Assembly: GCA_002269645.1 (NCBI GenBank)
Contig: NIVC01002355.1
Coordinates: forward strand, 93,152 to 157,151
Reading direction: 5' to 3'
Length of the DNA stretch: 64,000 bases
From: Macrostomum lignano
Taxonomy: Eukaryota
The position numbers and the translations under genes are program-made. The notes under the pieces were generated by a model. That model did no database searches. It had not been told where the DNA came from and saw only the letters and a list, made by a program, of their open reading frames with translations. Each line of letters begins with the position of its first letter. Position 1 is the stretch's first letter. Positions 31,655 to 45,639 of the stretch are shown in pieces.

Positions 31655-32746
31655 TAAATAGCGGTGCTCAATCTCAAAAAAATATTTTTATAGAGAGTTT
31701 ATGTATAACTTTTGCAGTTTTTGCATATTTTTAACGGTAGTGCTCTATGATACAGTAAGACAAGTATAGGGCAATTGTTGCTATGTACTTTTTAACTAGG
31801 GAGACTGTAGCTAAGGCCACCGTTGCTATAGAAACCGTAGCAAATTGACACCGTTGCTATAGAAACTGTAGATAAGGTAAACGCCGCTTATGGAACTTTA
31901 TTGTCGAGGGCAATAGCTATAGTATCTAAATTGAGAGCAGCGTTTCAAAAATTTAATATTGAGATACGGATCCGAGGGTCAATTGCTGCTAATTAGTGGC
32001 TGTTAGAGCAAGGTAAATGATGCACTTTATAAAGACCTTTTTAAGGCGTCTTACTTTATATTTTGTCAGCTGAAAAAACTCACTACTTGTCTACGGCTCG
32101 AAAAAAGCAGATTTATGTAGAAAAAAAATGGAATTTTTTAGTATCATTAGAATTAGAAAAATAAAAACAGGTGAGAAAGTTAATTAAATAAGTTTATTTA
32201 CAGCGTACATGGCTGCTAAACTGCTAAAAGCACACTTTTATACTCATAGATCATTACATTCCCTAGGTGCTATGGACCTAATGTATCTCTTTAAAGATCA
32301 ACACCGTCTATTTATAGTTTAAGTCCAGCAGCATGAACGATAATTGCATGCCTTTTCGTGCCATGACGCAGTTGCCTGGGTTAAAAAACGTTAAAACCGT
32401 TAAAAAAAGTAAGCAAGAAAACAAAAACAAAAGGCAAAAAAACAAACAAGCAGCAAACTTGAAGAAAACGTTTCAACATTCCAATAAATGGCTGGAAACT
32501 GCATAGCAAATAGGAGAATCTGCCATCTATGCTTGTACTTTAGCAGTCCTTGAATCTTAACTGAAACAGATTTCTTTTGTTTTTGATAACACTGGTTTAG
32601 GAGCTGAATAAGATTTAAATTAATGTAATAAACATGTGCAGTGTAATCTGAATAAATATGGAACACACTGAGTGTGATTAAAGAAACTTCACACAGTGTT
32701 TTCTTGTCGTGAGTTTTTTTAATTTTTCATTGAATGGTTGCGTTGC

Positions 32747-35700
32747 TCAGTTGAGCCGGACCGACAGAAGCACCAGTGACGTCACGGCACCGACAGAGGC
32801 GATGATGATGGAATGCTCCCCGTGCACCGACCTGCCCACCTTGAAAACTCCTGACCACCTGTCATCGACTCTGCCATCCTCTTCATCCCCTTTGTCTGAA
32901 GCGGAGAGTTTGGGAAAATAATTTGTTCAGTTTCTCGAACATCTTGCAATCCGGTAATTTACTGAGCAGCTACTCACCCTGCGGCTCCTGGCAGTCAGAT
33001 GTCAGACAGATTTTTACTGCCTGCTCGCACTGGGGTCCCGTGAATCCCAGATCGCACTTGCACTCTTCACGGTGATAGTAAGCTGCAATGGTGGGTGAGT
33101 GAGTGAGTGAGTGAGTGAGTGAGTGAGTGAGTGAGTGAGTGAATGAGTGAGTGAGTAAGTCAGTCAGTCAGTCAGTCAGTCAGTCAGTCAGTCAGTCAGT
33201 CAGTCAGTCAGTCAGTCAGTCAGTCAGTCAGTCAGTCAGTCAGTCAGTCAGTCAGTCAGTCAGTCAGTCAGTCAGTCAGTCAGTCAGTCAGTCAGTCAGT
33301 CAGTCAGTCAGTCAGTCAGTCAGTCAGTCAGTCAGTCAGTCAGTCAGTCAGTCAGTCAGTCAGTCAGTCAGTCAGTCAGTCAGTCAGTCAGTCAGTCAGC
33401 TGCTCACCCGTGTCGTCAGCCATGCCGCAGTCAGGGCAGCAGCGGCCCCTGCTCCCGCAGTCGCACACCACAATCCTGGGAGTCCACACCGTGACGGCTC
33501 CGACCTCGTCCACCGCCACCAGCTGCAGTTTGATGTCGCCTCTCCAGTTGTCGACGGGCTGCCACACGAGCTGCCAGCTGCCGCTGGCCCCAGCCTCCAG
33601 CTTCGCGGTCCCCCCGACGGCCTCCAGCACGGTGACATTCGGTGAGGCGCCGTCGGGATCCGTCACGGAGAAGGTGACACCGACGCTGTTGCTGCCGTTC
33701 ACTCGCAGCTGGCTCGGGGCGCTCACGAACTGCGGTGGTCGGTTGGCCAGGACGACCCGGGTTCGAGTCTCGTCTCGAATGGCGACGGCCGCGTCTTGAG
33801 CGGCTGCGACCGAGCGAAGCTGAGCGGCGTCGAACATGCAGGTGAGGTCGGAGGAGCCGGAGCTGCGGCACACCTGCCAGGGCGGAGCGGAAGCAGTGGG
33901 GGTCCTTGTACAATGTTACAATTTTGTACAATGTTAGTCTGTAATGCAACAACTTTCAACTTCCTCATTAAGGAGTGTATCGAGGGTGCTTCTCGATTGG
34001 GTCACCTATTCATTTGTTCAGGAGATCCAAGAGCCATCTCACGAAGGGCGAGATTTCAGCGCTATTTTACCGAATAAAGATTTTTAGTTCTTTAAGTTCG
34101 TTAGCAAAATCGGATCATGACCGTCTCACAGGAACCTTTCCTTTCAAGGGTCAGCGGACCCTATGGATCTACACCAGGTCACATTCAATGTCATTTTATT
34201 GTCACTTCCTTCCAAGTACTCTAGTTTCCCATTGGGACTTCTTAACTTCCACCGGTCCTGTCCGCTAACCTCTTCCGAAGCGTTCTTGAGCTCCGTGTTC
34301 CCGCCAAACAGCTCCAGCAGATTGTCGTTGAAGTCCTCGGCAAAGGCCGGCACGAAGCTGAGATCGCAGAAGTCAGCTCGGCCCTTGCCAGCCGGGTAGT
34401 GCAGGTAGCTCGGCTCTGAGCTGTTGAGTCTCCAGCTGTTCCCGAACTCAAACAGCTGCCTCTCGGAGCTGCCAGCTGGCAGGACGCTGCCGTTTCTCAG
34501 TCTGAATCCGCTCGCGTCGCTGTCGCCTAGCAACCCGTCCAGTCCGCTCGGGTATTTTCCTGCCAAGTCCAGTTGAACGCCAACTCTAAGCGAGCTCGTC
34601 TCCATGGTAACGGTGACGCTGACGCCGGTAGACTCGTCGACAATGTCGATGGTGCTGTTGTCGGGGACCTCCAGTCGGTAGCTGTCCAGTCTGGTCGCGT
34701 TGCTCAGCGCCGCCAGCTCGCCCCTGACGCTGCCGATCCGACGTCCGTCGCTGCTGAAGACGTCGAGGTCGTCGGAGCTTTCGTTGCGGATCACCGACAC
34801 GGCCAGCTCGTTGAGGCCGGACTTCAGCGCGACGCCGACGAAGGCCGTGGCGGCTCCACCGCTGACTGGCGCGGTGCGCGCTTGCAACCGCAGCGTCGGT
34901 GAGTTCGGCCACCGCTCGCTGGTGAGCAGGTGGTACTCGCAGTGACCGTTGAATGTGTAGCTGCGGTTCGAGAGCGTGCTCAGGTGGGGGTCACCTCGGT
35001 TGAAGCCTGGAGATCGGAGGTTGGATGTTTGGTTTGATGCTTAGTTGGTCAGGTTTTGGTTTGATGCTTAGTTGGTCAGGTTTTGGTTGGATGCTCAGTT
35101 GCTCAGGTTTCGGTTTGATGCTTAGTTGGTCAGGCTTTGGTTTGATGCTTAGTTGCTTAGGTTTTGGTTTGATGCTTAGTTGCTCAGGCTTTGGTTTGAT
35201 GCTTGTAAGTGATCTACAGCAGTTGAGCCACCAGTAGCCGCCAAGAGTGAATTCATTATTGAAACAATTCAAAATATGGTACTCAGAGCTACAGTTACAA
35301 CAAAGCAGTTACCTCCCGCTGGTGGCAGGTAGTTCTCGCTGGTGCACACGGGTCTTACGGTAGAATAAGCGGCCATCATTCCGGCCGCTGAGCAGACTTT
35401 TAGGCCATACAATTCATTTTGATACTGTGGAGACCCGAAACCAAATTGAATGCTATCATCCGTGCTGTTCCGATAGAAGTACCTTACGTGTCCGGCGCCG
35501 TCTGAGCTTCTGCTGATGAAGTGGCCAGCTGCAAATAATGTTGTTTTTTATTTAGTGAACTAAAACTTGATAATGTTTAGAATCAGCTTCAACTTATTCT
35601 ACTCTTCAATGCTCAGGTTCTGACTCACTGGTTGACATGCTGAACAGGATCCGTCGCATTTCAGCTCTCACATTCCCCAGGGACTGACTTCTACGGCAAA

Positions 35701-38700
35701 GCTGACTGATTTCGCTACCAGCAGCTGCCGATGACATTCTGTAGCAGCACCTGGTCGACACCAGGTGACGGCAGTTCTCAAGCTCGCATCTCCAGGAATT
35801 TTGCGGCTCACAACCGCTCGCACTGCTGCCTGTGAAGCTCTGAGCGCACTGGTAGCTGGTGTTGCTGAAGCACATCCGGATGCTGTCACCGGAGCACTCA
35901 AGCTCGTACGGACTGTACCGCCTGTCAAGGACTGCCGTGCGAAAATCGAAGGGACAGTCGGAGCAGCCTGGAAAGGCAGAGCTGCTCTGATTGGCGATCC
36001 AACTGCCGCACTCAGATGTACCATTTTGCTCGATGCTGAGCTGCAGCACGTGACGTCCGGGTCTTCCCGAACTTCCGGGGCTCAGATTGGGCAGCTCGGG
36101 CCAGTCTGGGCGCAGGCTGAATTTCAGCTCTTTTTCAACGAATAAATTATCGGTGAATCCTGAGAACGCTGTGAGGTCCCACTTTTGAGAGCTCAAGTTG
36201 AAGATTCTCGGCACAGGCAGGTGGAAGTCGCCGTAGTTAAAAATGGCGTATGAGTGAGTCTCGTTGCGCGTTACAACTGCTTGGAACTCAATTCTCTGAA
36301 ATTGCATGTAGTGATCAGCTGGGTGAGAAAGAGCCGAGAAGCTTGACTTGACGTCATATTTCTAATTATGAAAAAACTGTGACTTCTTCATTTGGTGCAG
36401 CGGTAAGACTTAATATACATGTACCCGGATCGTCAGACCTTCATGGAATAAATCTAACTCAAGTATGAAAATGTGCATGCACAACGGTTGACCTTTTACA
36501 GAATAAAATAACATTCTGATGTTTTGATATTCTTTCTTTTATGAAACACCTGTTATAAAGTGAAAACTGAAAGTGAACTTTAAACTACAGCTGCTTGTTA
36601 GTAAGTACGTTATATATTTGCATCTGTGGGTCATCGCCAGCAAGAAGCGCATATTATGGTCATTGGGAAGAACTCTGTCACTTCAGAGACATTCCCCCAC
36701 TTACCGCATTCGCCTTGGCTTGAGAACACAGGCCCAGACAAAGGCTGATGTAGCCGTTCGTCTGGTTCCACGGCCTAGAATAACATTTTCTGACGCAGTT
36801 GAATCGATTCAGATAAGGCAGTGACGGCGTCAGAATGCGCCAAGTGACGATGAGTGCCGTCTGAGGGTTGAACTCGGATCGAATCTCCTGCTCAATGATC
36901 TGCTTGACCGCGCCCCAGTTCGAGCGGGATCTGTGGTTTCTCGAATTCAGCAGCTCGTAAGAAACGTTTGGAGTCCAATCACTTCGGAGTAGGCTTAACG
37001 GAGTAGGCGGAGGCGGAGTAGGCGGAGTAGGCGGAGGCGGAGGCGGAGTAGGCGAAGGCGGAGGCGGAGTAGGCGGAGTAGGCGGAGGCGGAGTAGGCGG
37101 AGTAGCGGAGTAGGGAGTAGGCTTAACAAACCAGTAAGGCGCCACGACGACTCCAGGAAAGTTGACCTTGGCCGTGATGGAGTTGTATGGTAAATACCTC
37201 AGATACCCAGAGAAACTGATGGCGCCATAGTTACTGACCTTGGTGTTAAGATTTTTAAAATATTAAATGAACAGTGAAATTCAAAGGATAATCGTAAAGT
37301 TGATTCTTATTAATTACGGCTTTTCTAACAATATTTTTTTCAGCTCTCAGAAAAACTGTCAATTCGAAGTTACAGTTCAACTCTGTACGAAAAGTAAGTT
37401 GTTTCAAAGCGGTACTCACTTGAAAAGACAAACTTTCCTGACTGCCAATCAGAAACGGAACGCCACGTGGTGCGTGCACAATGTCATGGTCCGTGATATT
37501 GGTTGCATTTACTGTCGATAGGAGCATCTGAGCTGCAAAACGCATCCGGGATTGAGACAACTGGAGCGACTTCAGTCAAGTTATAATACGAAGAGATCAT
37601 GTCAACTCACGATAACAGACAGTCCCGTTGCCATAGAAACCCGGCTTGCAAATGCAATCAAATGAGCCGATCAGGTTGATGCAGTCGGCATTGGCAACGC
37701 ATTTGGAGCTGCTGAGACACTCGTTAACATCTTTAATTAAATACAGGTTATCACCGATTTCATCTATACGTATAAACATGTGTGTGTGTCTGTTTGTCTA
37801 TCTGTGTAATTGTTTGCTGGACTCCCAAACCGCTTAACCAAATTGAATCGAAATTTTCAACCGCACTGTGACGTTGTCAGTTTAAGGTGGTCCTGAAAAG
37901 GGCCGTTGGACCGTAGCTCCTCTACAATTTCTCCAATCGTTTATTTTAACGTTTACTTGTAGTAGTGCCCAACGATTTTGTGGCAATTTCTAATTCACTG
38001 TATATTTTGCTATCCTCTCTCGCGACCGTATAAAATTGGCACGATCGATAATTTTAAGTTCTCTCGCCAGCCAATGAAAACCACTCGTGCTTCGCGCTAC
38101 CCCCTCTGCGCTCCTTTATTAAACCCCCGCCTGGCGGCGGGCACTCCTCACGTCTTGCTGCTTGCTGCCTCTTATCTGTCTTATCTGTTCTTGTCTGGCT
38201 GCCTCGAGCCTCCTTGTTTCTCGCCACGGCCCCTCTGTCTGGGCCAGTCTACTCACACACTTACTTGACTGTCTCACGCCACGACTGACGCCAATCTCGC
38301 CACTGCTATTCACTGCCTTCACTGTGCTCATCGCCACTACTCCTCACGCTACGTCGCCATTGCATCATTCGTCTACCACTGGACTTCATATCCAAATTAT
38401 ATTCAACCAATCGTTGCAGCCGCCAGTGCCCAGAAAGCTATAGTTTGTGTATTGCCAGTAACCACCAAACTTAATATTGATATTAACAATAAAGACAACT
38501 ACGGCAGTTTCCTGCCTTTATCGCCAAGTGCTCCGCTACAAAATCCGCTTACAAGAGTTGCCTTCAACTTATTTTGAGACTACGACTTACTGCAACGCGT
38601 GTTAAAACGGCCCTTTTAAGGGTCACAGCCATAGCCGCTACACCAATAATCGTGACAGCACTAAACTCACTACGGAGAATGTCTTAGGTCACCTTAATAT

Positions 38701-41364
38701 TTTTAAACACAAGTCTTTCTACCTAAAAAGCAAAAAAACTGCTAAAAATGCGGGATTTCTTCACTAAATCCTCCATGCTCATAGCGCCGCTCCAGTTTTT
38801 TCAATCCTCTTTAACTTTGACACACTCTTTAACAATTTGGACACAATAGTGTAAAATTTGGAATCTCTTAAGTTAATCCTGAACGGCGTTGTTCACTTTT
38901 AAGTTAGACTGTTTTTGTCAGGTAGCAAGCACCCCAACCTCCGCCTCTCTCTCCTTTGTCAAGCTGTGGAAAAGGGGGTTTTAAAATTGGCTAACCTTCG
39001 GCTGCAATAAGTTTGCTCCACGTGAAGCGATTGATTTCAAACTTTACGCAATCGTTCATTGACTCAATCTCTGTTAAATATGTAAAGTCTCAACTTTGTC
39101 ACTCCATCAGGACGGAAACTGTAAGCATGGTAATTTTGTCTGCTTTTTCTGGTGTTTGAGCCACTTACTTATTTCCCCAGACCAAGGGTCAGGTGATAGG
39201 GCTCAGAGTAAATAGCAAATGTACAGTGTTTTGGAATCACTTTTTTAAAGCCTTCTCTGCTAAGTTTCGGTGGGCTAACTTTAACCATAGCAGTTTAGTG
39301 AGAATTCTAACCACTGCCCTACTATCTGATTGAGTCTTCTGTCCCCACAAATTGGCTTTCCAAGCACTTGAGCTGATGCTATAGGATCGAGTGAATTCGC
39401 GCAGCATCGGTGAAGTGCATAACCGTGTCTGATGGCGCGTCCTGTGACTCGGAAAAGTCAGCTGCGGGACATCCGTGATACTGTGCACTGGCTTCTGGCC
39501 ACTAAGGCGACAGACTAGCTTACTGGATATCAACCTGCTTCTACTCTCTGGAGGCTTGAGTCTTACATTTATTTGACTCGAGGGTCCTATAGAGAATTCA
39601 GCTCATGGCTGCGGGCCAGATGAGAGAGGTGATTAAAGGTATTAGAGAAAAAATGTGATAAAACATGAGATGAGAGAGAACGCAAGAGAGAGTTAAAGGA
39701 AGATAGTAAAGAAAAGAGACAATAGAAGAGAGGAAAAAGAGAGAGAGATAAGAAGAAAGTTGATAGATAAGATTTAGTACAGACCAGAGATAAGAGTAAG
39801 AGAAAAGAGATGAGAGAGTAGAGGAAAGAGAAGATAGGAGAGGAAGGATAACAGAGCAGAGAGGAGAGTATAGAGGAAAGACGGTGGATCAGAGAGTAGA
39901 GGTGAAGAAATAAGAGAGGAGAGGAGAGATGAGAGAGAGCAGACAAGATTGAGAGGAGGAAGAAGAGGGGGAGAGAAGAGAGGAAAGATAAGAGAGAAGA
40001 GAGAACAAAGTAGACTGGAGAGAGATCAGACATAAGAGAGAAGAAAAAAGAGAAGAGAGAGAAGCTAGGAGAAACGAGATATGAGAGCAGAGAGGGGAGT
40101 ATAGTGAAGAGACGATATATAAGAGAGTAGAGGTGAGAGATGGAGAGGAGATGAGAGATATGACGAGAAAGAAGAGGAGAGAAGACAGAAGAGAGTAGAG
40201 AAAAGAGGAGAGATGTGAGAGCAGAGGAGAAGAGAGAGAGAAAAGGGAGAGAGAGAAGGGAGGGTAAAGAGGAAAAATAATAGAGCAGAGAGAAGAGAGT
40301 AGAGGTAAGATTGTAGAGATGAGAGACGAAAGATAAATAAAAAGGAGAGAGTAGAGATTAGAGATGAGAGAAAAAGGAGAGAGAGGAGAGGAGATTAGAG
40401 AGATTAGAAAAGAGGGAGGAGTGAGAAGAGAAAAGTTAGGAAAAAGAAGAGGAGGAGATTAGAGTGGAGAGATAAGATAGAAGGGGGGGGGTAGAGAAGA
40501 GAGAAGAGGAGAGAAGGGGGAGAGAGAAGATTGGGAGATAAAATAGGAAAGACGATAGATAGATAAGAGAGTAGAGAGGAAAGGAGAGAGAAGAGAGAAT
40601 AGGGAAGAGAGAAGCGAGAGGAGAAGGGAGAGGGGAGGAGGGGAAAGAGAGGAGTAGAGGAGAGAGTAGATAAAGGAGCAGAGATTAGAAAGTTAACTGT
40701 TAACAATATTTTGTTTAGGTATGACTTCAGATTTTAGAATGAATGCAAAAATAGTTCCGGGGCTTGGAATTTAGCGGGCTCAAAATCCGCGGGTTTCAAC
40801 AGCTTGCAAAAATAAATGTGTAGCTACAAGTTAACGATTTTTGTAAGTTAATGAAGTCGAAGATTTCACTTACCGGTGCAATTATCAGTTCCATTGCCTT
40901 GAAAGCCATCGAAGCAGGTGCAGTTGTAGGACCCCGGCGTGTCGGTGCAGGTAGCGTACAGACCGCATAGCGCTGAAAAACAGTCGTTGATTTTTTGCAG
41001 TTTTTAAACAAGCGGAATTTATAAGGTACAAAAATAGTCGCAGGTCAAGTCAATGACTGTATAAACATAGTGAACAATTTTTTGGTCTTGAATATTTGGG
41101 TTTAATAATTGGGTTAAAAATAAGGAACAGCCTTTCTGAGTTACATACAGTTGGAACCAAATGCTTAACATGCTTGTCATTAAAACTAGCTGCTGTGTAG
41201 CTAAAACAACGCAAATAAAGTGACAAGAGTATCAATAAGTATAATGCCAACTCACCTGTTTTGCTGTCACTGCAGACGCTGCAGCTTCCCGTACCGACAA
41301 GCAGAAACAGACACAGTAGTTGCCAGCCGAAGTCACCAGCGACTGAAGCAAAGTTCAGTCTCAT
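32747..41364 (-). CDS. EGF-EGF-NIDO-AMOP-VWD-(cadherin/Ig-like)-EGF surface protein, MUC4/SUSD2/Mesh-like; 12 exons, 1053 aa
   Basis: Exons 41364-41256 (signal peptide), 40972-40874, 37730-37611 (Ca-binding EGF, DVNEC), 37532-37420, 37238-36705, 36295-35719, 35528-35488, 35424-35313, 35006-34270 (GDPH, VWD), 33873-33408, 33082-32978 and 32895-32747 (hydrophobic C-terminus, GPI-signal-like). All GT-AG, phase-consistent, 3162 nt. Confidence 0.88.
33158..33399. repeat. (AGTC)n microsatellite, about 60 units, preceded by (GAGT)n
   Basis: Direct reading; intronic. Confidence 0.98.
35026..35205. repeat. 27-bp intronic minisatellite
   Basis: 9-aa periodic pseudo-ORF KPKPDQLSI. Confidence 0.88.
37775..38450 (+). 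mobile_element. Possible non-autonomous Helitron-like fragment in an intron
   Basis: Head with a tgtgtg/tgtc tract followed by ctcccaaaccgcttaaccaaattgaatcgaaatttt, a pattern typical of Helitron-type 5' ends. The 3' end is not clearly defined. Confidence 0.35.
39600..40690. repeat. GA-rich polypurine low-complexity tract
   Basis: About 1.1 kb that is almost entirely A/G on the + strand. Confidence 0.92.
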
Positions 41365-41850
41365 GATGCTTTGCAAGAGAAACTTCAAGTTCAACAGAAG
41401 GATTTATTCTCAATGAAAGTCTAACTGATTCAGGAAAAGGCTTTCACTCTGCGGTTTCCTAGAGCGGCACTCAGGGGTTTAAATAGAAAAATTAAGGGAA
41501 CTTTGTTAAAGAAAATCCGCGGCAATTCCATCGACTGCCAGATGAATTGAGTCTTGCACAGGTTGTTTCTAATTTTAGCATCAAGGTAGTCTGTTTCTAT
41601 TGTAGCCATTTCTTCAAGAGACTGTTTCCATTTTAAGCAACAAACTAGTAAGCTGCGCCTTCCGTTTTGCAACAAAAAGGACAAAGTATTACAATATTTT
41701 TAATAAACTACATGGAGATTTGATCTTGCATGCATAGTTGCCATGGTCAGAATCCTAAGGAAAATGATGCTAAAATGCATAAAGAAACGGCCCTGAAAAC
41801 CAGCTATCTGGCCTAAAGCAGCGTCCCCTGTGAGCTTTGGCAGCAAAGAG

Positions 41851-42425
41851 TTCCTTTACAACAACAACAACAAAAATACGCGACCCCGCATCCAAAGTCA
41901 CACTTAGAGCAGGGTGCGTCAGATGGCGCGCTGCAGAGCCTGGGAGCGAACGAAGTCCGCTCCGTTGGCAGTGTCGAGCGCCCCAGCGTCGCACAGCAGG
42001 CAGTCCACGTATCGACGGGTTCGGGCCTGACCCCACCTGAACGGGCCCTGCAAGGTGAGCAGCAGGACGTCCTGAACAGGTTGCCCTCTGCCCGAATCAC
42101 GTGGCCCGCCAGTTGAAGTGGCCGCCGGCGCAGGATGGTGGACGGGCGCTGCAGCTTGGCCCGATCGTATAGGGCTCGGTCCCGACGCTCTGGTCAACTC
42201 GAAAGGCCGTACGGAGCAGCCCTGAGTGCGCCGAGTCCATCTGCCGCTCCAGGGTAGCCGTCAGCGTCCACGTCTCGGCGTTGTATAGCAGGACGGTTTC
42301 GACCACCGCCTGCCACAGCCCAGCCCTCTGGCGGTCGGGCAGCGCTTCGGACTGGAGGACGGCTCGGATCGAGCGATAGGCCGCCCAGGCAAGTCCTCTG
42401 CGCCGCCGGAGGTCTTCTTCCTTTA
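41851..42425 (-). mobile_element. 5'-truncated RTE-like LINE, same family as 9596-10041, with frameshifts
   Basis: VLLYNAETWTLT...LQLAGHVI...QARTRRYVDCLL, a (TTG)n tail, and a candidate 8-bp target-site duplication ttccttta at 41851-41858 and 42418-42425. Confidence 0.85.
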
Positions 42426-44519
42426 AGCCATGACCTAACCCTAATTCTCCCTTTGATATACTCGTACCAACCAACAACTTCAAATTGACCCTTGGCATCT
42501 CAGCACCCCTATGAGCCTCAGCATTTCAGCGTTTCCCTCCGAGTCTTATCCACAGAATTCGGTGGTATTAGCATCTCAACAATTCCCCTAAGAGCCATAG
42601 TATTCCTGCGATCCCCCGTGAGCCTTGACGTCTACGCTATTCACCCCGTAAGACTTGACATCACAGCAATTTCTCGTATGGACCTTAAAATCTCAGCACC
42701 TCCCCCATTTTACATTTCAGAAACTCCACTTGTAAGTCTTGATGTCCCATAAATTTTCCAAATGAGCCTCGACATCTCAGCAATTCTCCCACGAGCCTTG
42801 ACACCATAGCAATATTCCCTATGAGACTTTAACAGGCCCTATTATGAGTGTGAGGCTCGCATCTTAGAGTTCTTATTAACTGTATTTTACAGTCAAGCAA
42901 GCAGGCAGGTTAGCTGACAAAATGCAGAGCAATGCATAGTTTGAGCTTGGCAGGGTAATCGCTCAAGCAGTCCCTCTCCGTGCCATTTTTAAACCACCAT
43001 ATCACCCCCAAAGCATTTGCTGCGTGTCAACTGCGTCACGCGCTCTCAGGCTGCTGGCTTGGCCAACAAACCTCAGCTTTGTTATCTGTACTTTAGCGTA
43101 GAGCTGGTCTGATCGCATAGCCCCGGTTGAGACGATTTTTAGCAACAGATGCGCAGGTGCCACTTTGCTGTAAACTTCTGAGCAGACTTTGCATTCGCAA
43201 GCAAGTTAACTATAGCTAAAATTCGAATTATAAATCCAGATTTGTAAATAAATGGTCCAAAAAAGGCTTCGAAAAAATTAGTCAATTGTTCCTGAACGCT
43301 GTCATGGGTGCCGTGGTTGAACAGGAAAACAGAGTTAATAATAAACTGATGCCATTATTTTTGAGCTCTATATCTTGTAAATTTTGATATGTCATTTACG
43401 ATTGCTTCGTTTTGTCCGATAGAAATGTCTGCGCTGCTCATTTTAAAATCTTTGCTTTTCATCTGAATTTTTCCAGTTTCCAGACATGCACTTTCTAAGC
43501 GCTCTATTTAACCAGTCTCTTTTTGGTCGTAGCCAGCTTGTAAGAGCTAGTGTCTATTCTTAAACTTTTTGATTCAGAAGAAGCTGCCAAATCAAGACTC
43601 AAAGCCGTGCTCGGAGAGCCCAGTTTCCCTAAACTTAAGCAGTCTACCTGACAGGACAGGCAGTGGAGCAAAACAGATGTAGTGGCCTGGGCGTCAGACA
43701 ATGACGAATAGTTGAGCAGCGGAAAGACAGACAAATTTCTCAAGGCTCAGCTGAATAGCTGGAACGGAGAGACAGGGAATGAGGGGACAGAGTACCAAAG
43801 CCCAAAAAGAGTTTTAACAAAAGATTTTCGCATAAAGCGTTCGCATAACCTGAATCCACCTATATAATGAGCAGCAAAATGAAACTAGATTCCTTGTACG
43901 TTTAAGAAGTAGAGCATCATTGAAACCGTTGCCTTTCTGGCAGCCCTGCCGAACCGAATACTTTTCTACCCCAGCATTGCTGTTTGATTAATTAAAGATC
44001 TTCATACAAAGAGACTCGGTATACTGCTGCAGGCCACTCTGGAGCAGTGGGTTTGTATTGACACATTTATAACCACTATGGACTATGCAGACATCTTAAG
44101 CAGTTTAGAAATAATCTGCTCTGAAAATTTATACATTTAATGTATAATATAAAGTAAAGTATAAAGAAAATGTATTCTCTCTAAGCGGGAGCTTAACAAA
44201 TGGAATGTACTAAACTTTGTGCTTGCTAAAATATTAATTTATTATAAAACTTATTATCGTTATCGTTAAACTCGCAGTAAAGCATTCAGTAAAGTACATT
44301 CAGATGCATCTGAAGCGCCTGGCCTTGAAGGCGGTTTACAAATAACAGCAAATAATTCAGGCGAAGTGGCCTGTCAGGTGAAGTGTCCACTGAGAGACAG
44401 TCCAGGCGAGTCTGTATTTTTAAAAGTGCCAATTTGTAGCCTTTTTTGCACAGTAGCACCCCAGTGTAAAAACTAGGCTCGAGCGGACATCCTACTGACC
44501 CTGACGGGTCTTCGTCAGG

Positions 44520-45560
44520 GGTGCGTCGGCTATGGGATATTCATACCGCGGCAATCCAGCGCACACTGGATCTCTTATTTGGATGTCATCAGAGCCCAGC
44601 AAGACATGCAAGCCGCAGTTTCCCGGCATGGCACTACCAGCATTGCTGCCTGCACCGTGGCTGAGGCGCTGCAAGCTGCCCACATCCAAGCTGCTGGTGA
44701 CGGAGACGGCGCACCGCTAACCGCCTCACTGGGACGTCGATTATCAATATCACTGCTATCACCAAGGCTGATTTTATCGAGCACCGCCTACAGCTGATTG
44801 CGGGCCACTTCTATCTAGTGCGCTGCTCTTTGCCCGTTCGCTGACTCCCCACCCGCCTGCTCATCCGACTACAACTGCGCTCACATCTCCATGGATGAAG
44901 TCTCCAAGGCCCTAAGAGCCATGCAGGCTGATGCAGCAGCGGGAATCGATGACATCCAACCGCGTGTTCTGAAGATGCCCGAGCTGCTGCCTGTCATCAC
45001 CGGAATGCTCAACCGCTCCTGCAGCCTGGGCGGGGACTCAATTGCTAGTGCCCCAGCAGAGCGACGGAGAACTTCCGAGATCGTTGCCATCCCAAGAAGA
45101 GCAACTCTAGCAGCCTCGAAAACTTGCGTGGCATTGACCTGGAGTGCACTCTGGCCCAATTATCAACACCATTCTTCGAAACCGCCTTCAGACCATCATC
45201 CATCAGCAGCTTCTCAACATTCAGAGCAGCTTCCGAACGACGTGGACGGTTAACAGCAGAGCAAAACCGCTGCGATCCGGTGCATCATTGACACCTGCGA
45301 GACTCACCAAAGATTCGGTCTCAATTGTCTTTATAGATTTCTGCAAAGCTTTTGACTTTGCTGCACGGCTATAAAGTAATGCCTCGCCGTAGCTCCCTCT
45401 TTCCGTGTCAAGCAGACCTTCCTCGCCTATGCTGACGACCTGGCGCGCGCTGACCTGCTGCAGCTCCAAAGCTGCGCAGAAGGCGGTTAGTCGGTTGGCA
45501 GATGAGGGGAAGCGCGTGAGGCTCCGCATCAACTACGGCAAGACAGGTGCTGCATGTTGG
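44520..45560 (+). mobile_element. Degenerate non-LTR retrotransposon RT fragment
   Basis: EVSKAL...GIDDI, IVAIPK, VFIDFCKAFD, LAYADDLA (45428-45439) and INYGKT, with frameshifts and deletions. Confidence 0.82.
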
Positions 45561-45639
45561 CATCGCCAGCTCTCCACCGCAGCAATTCTGCAGGACGGCA
45601 ACACCATCGCTTGGGCCTGCACCAGAAAGTTGCCTTCAG

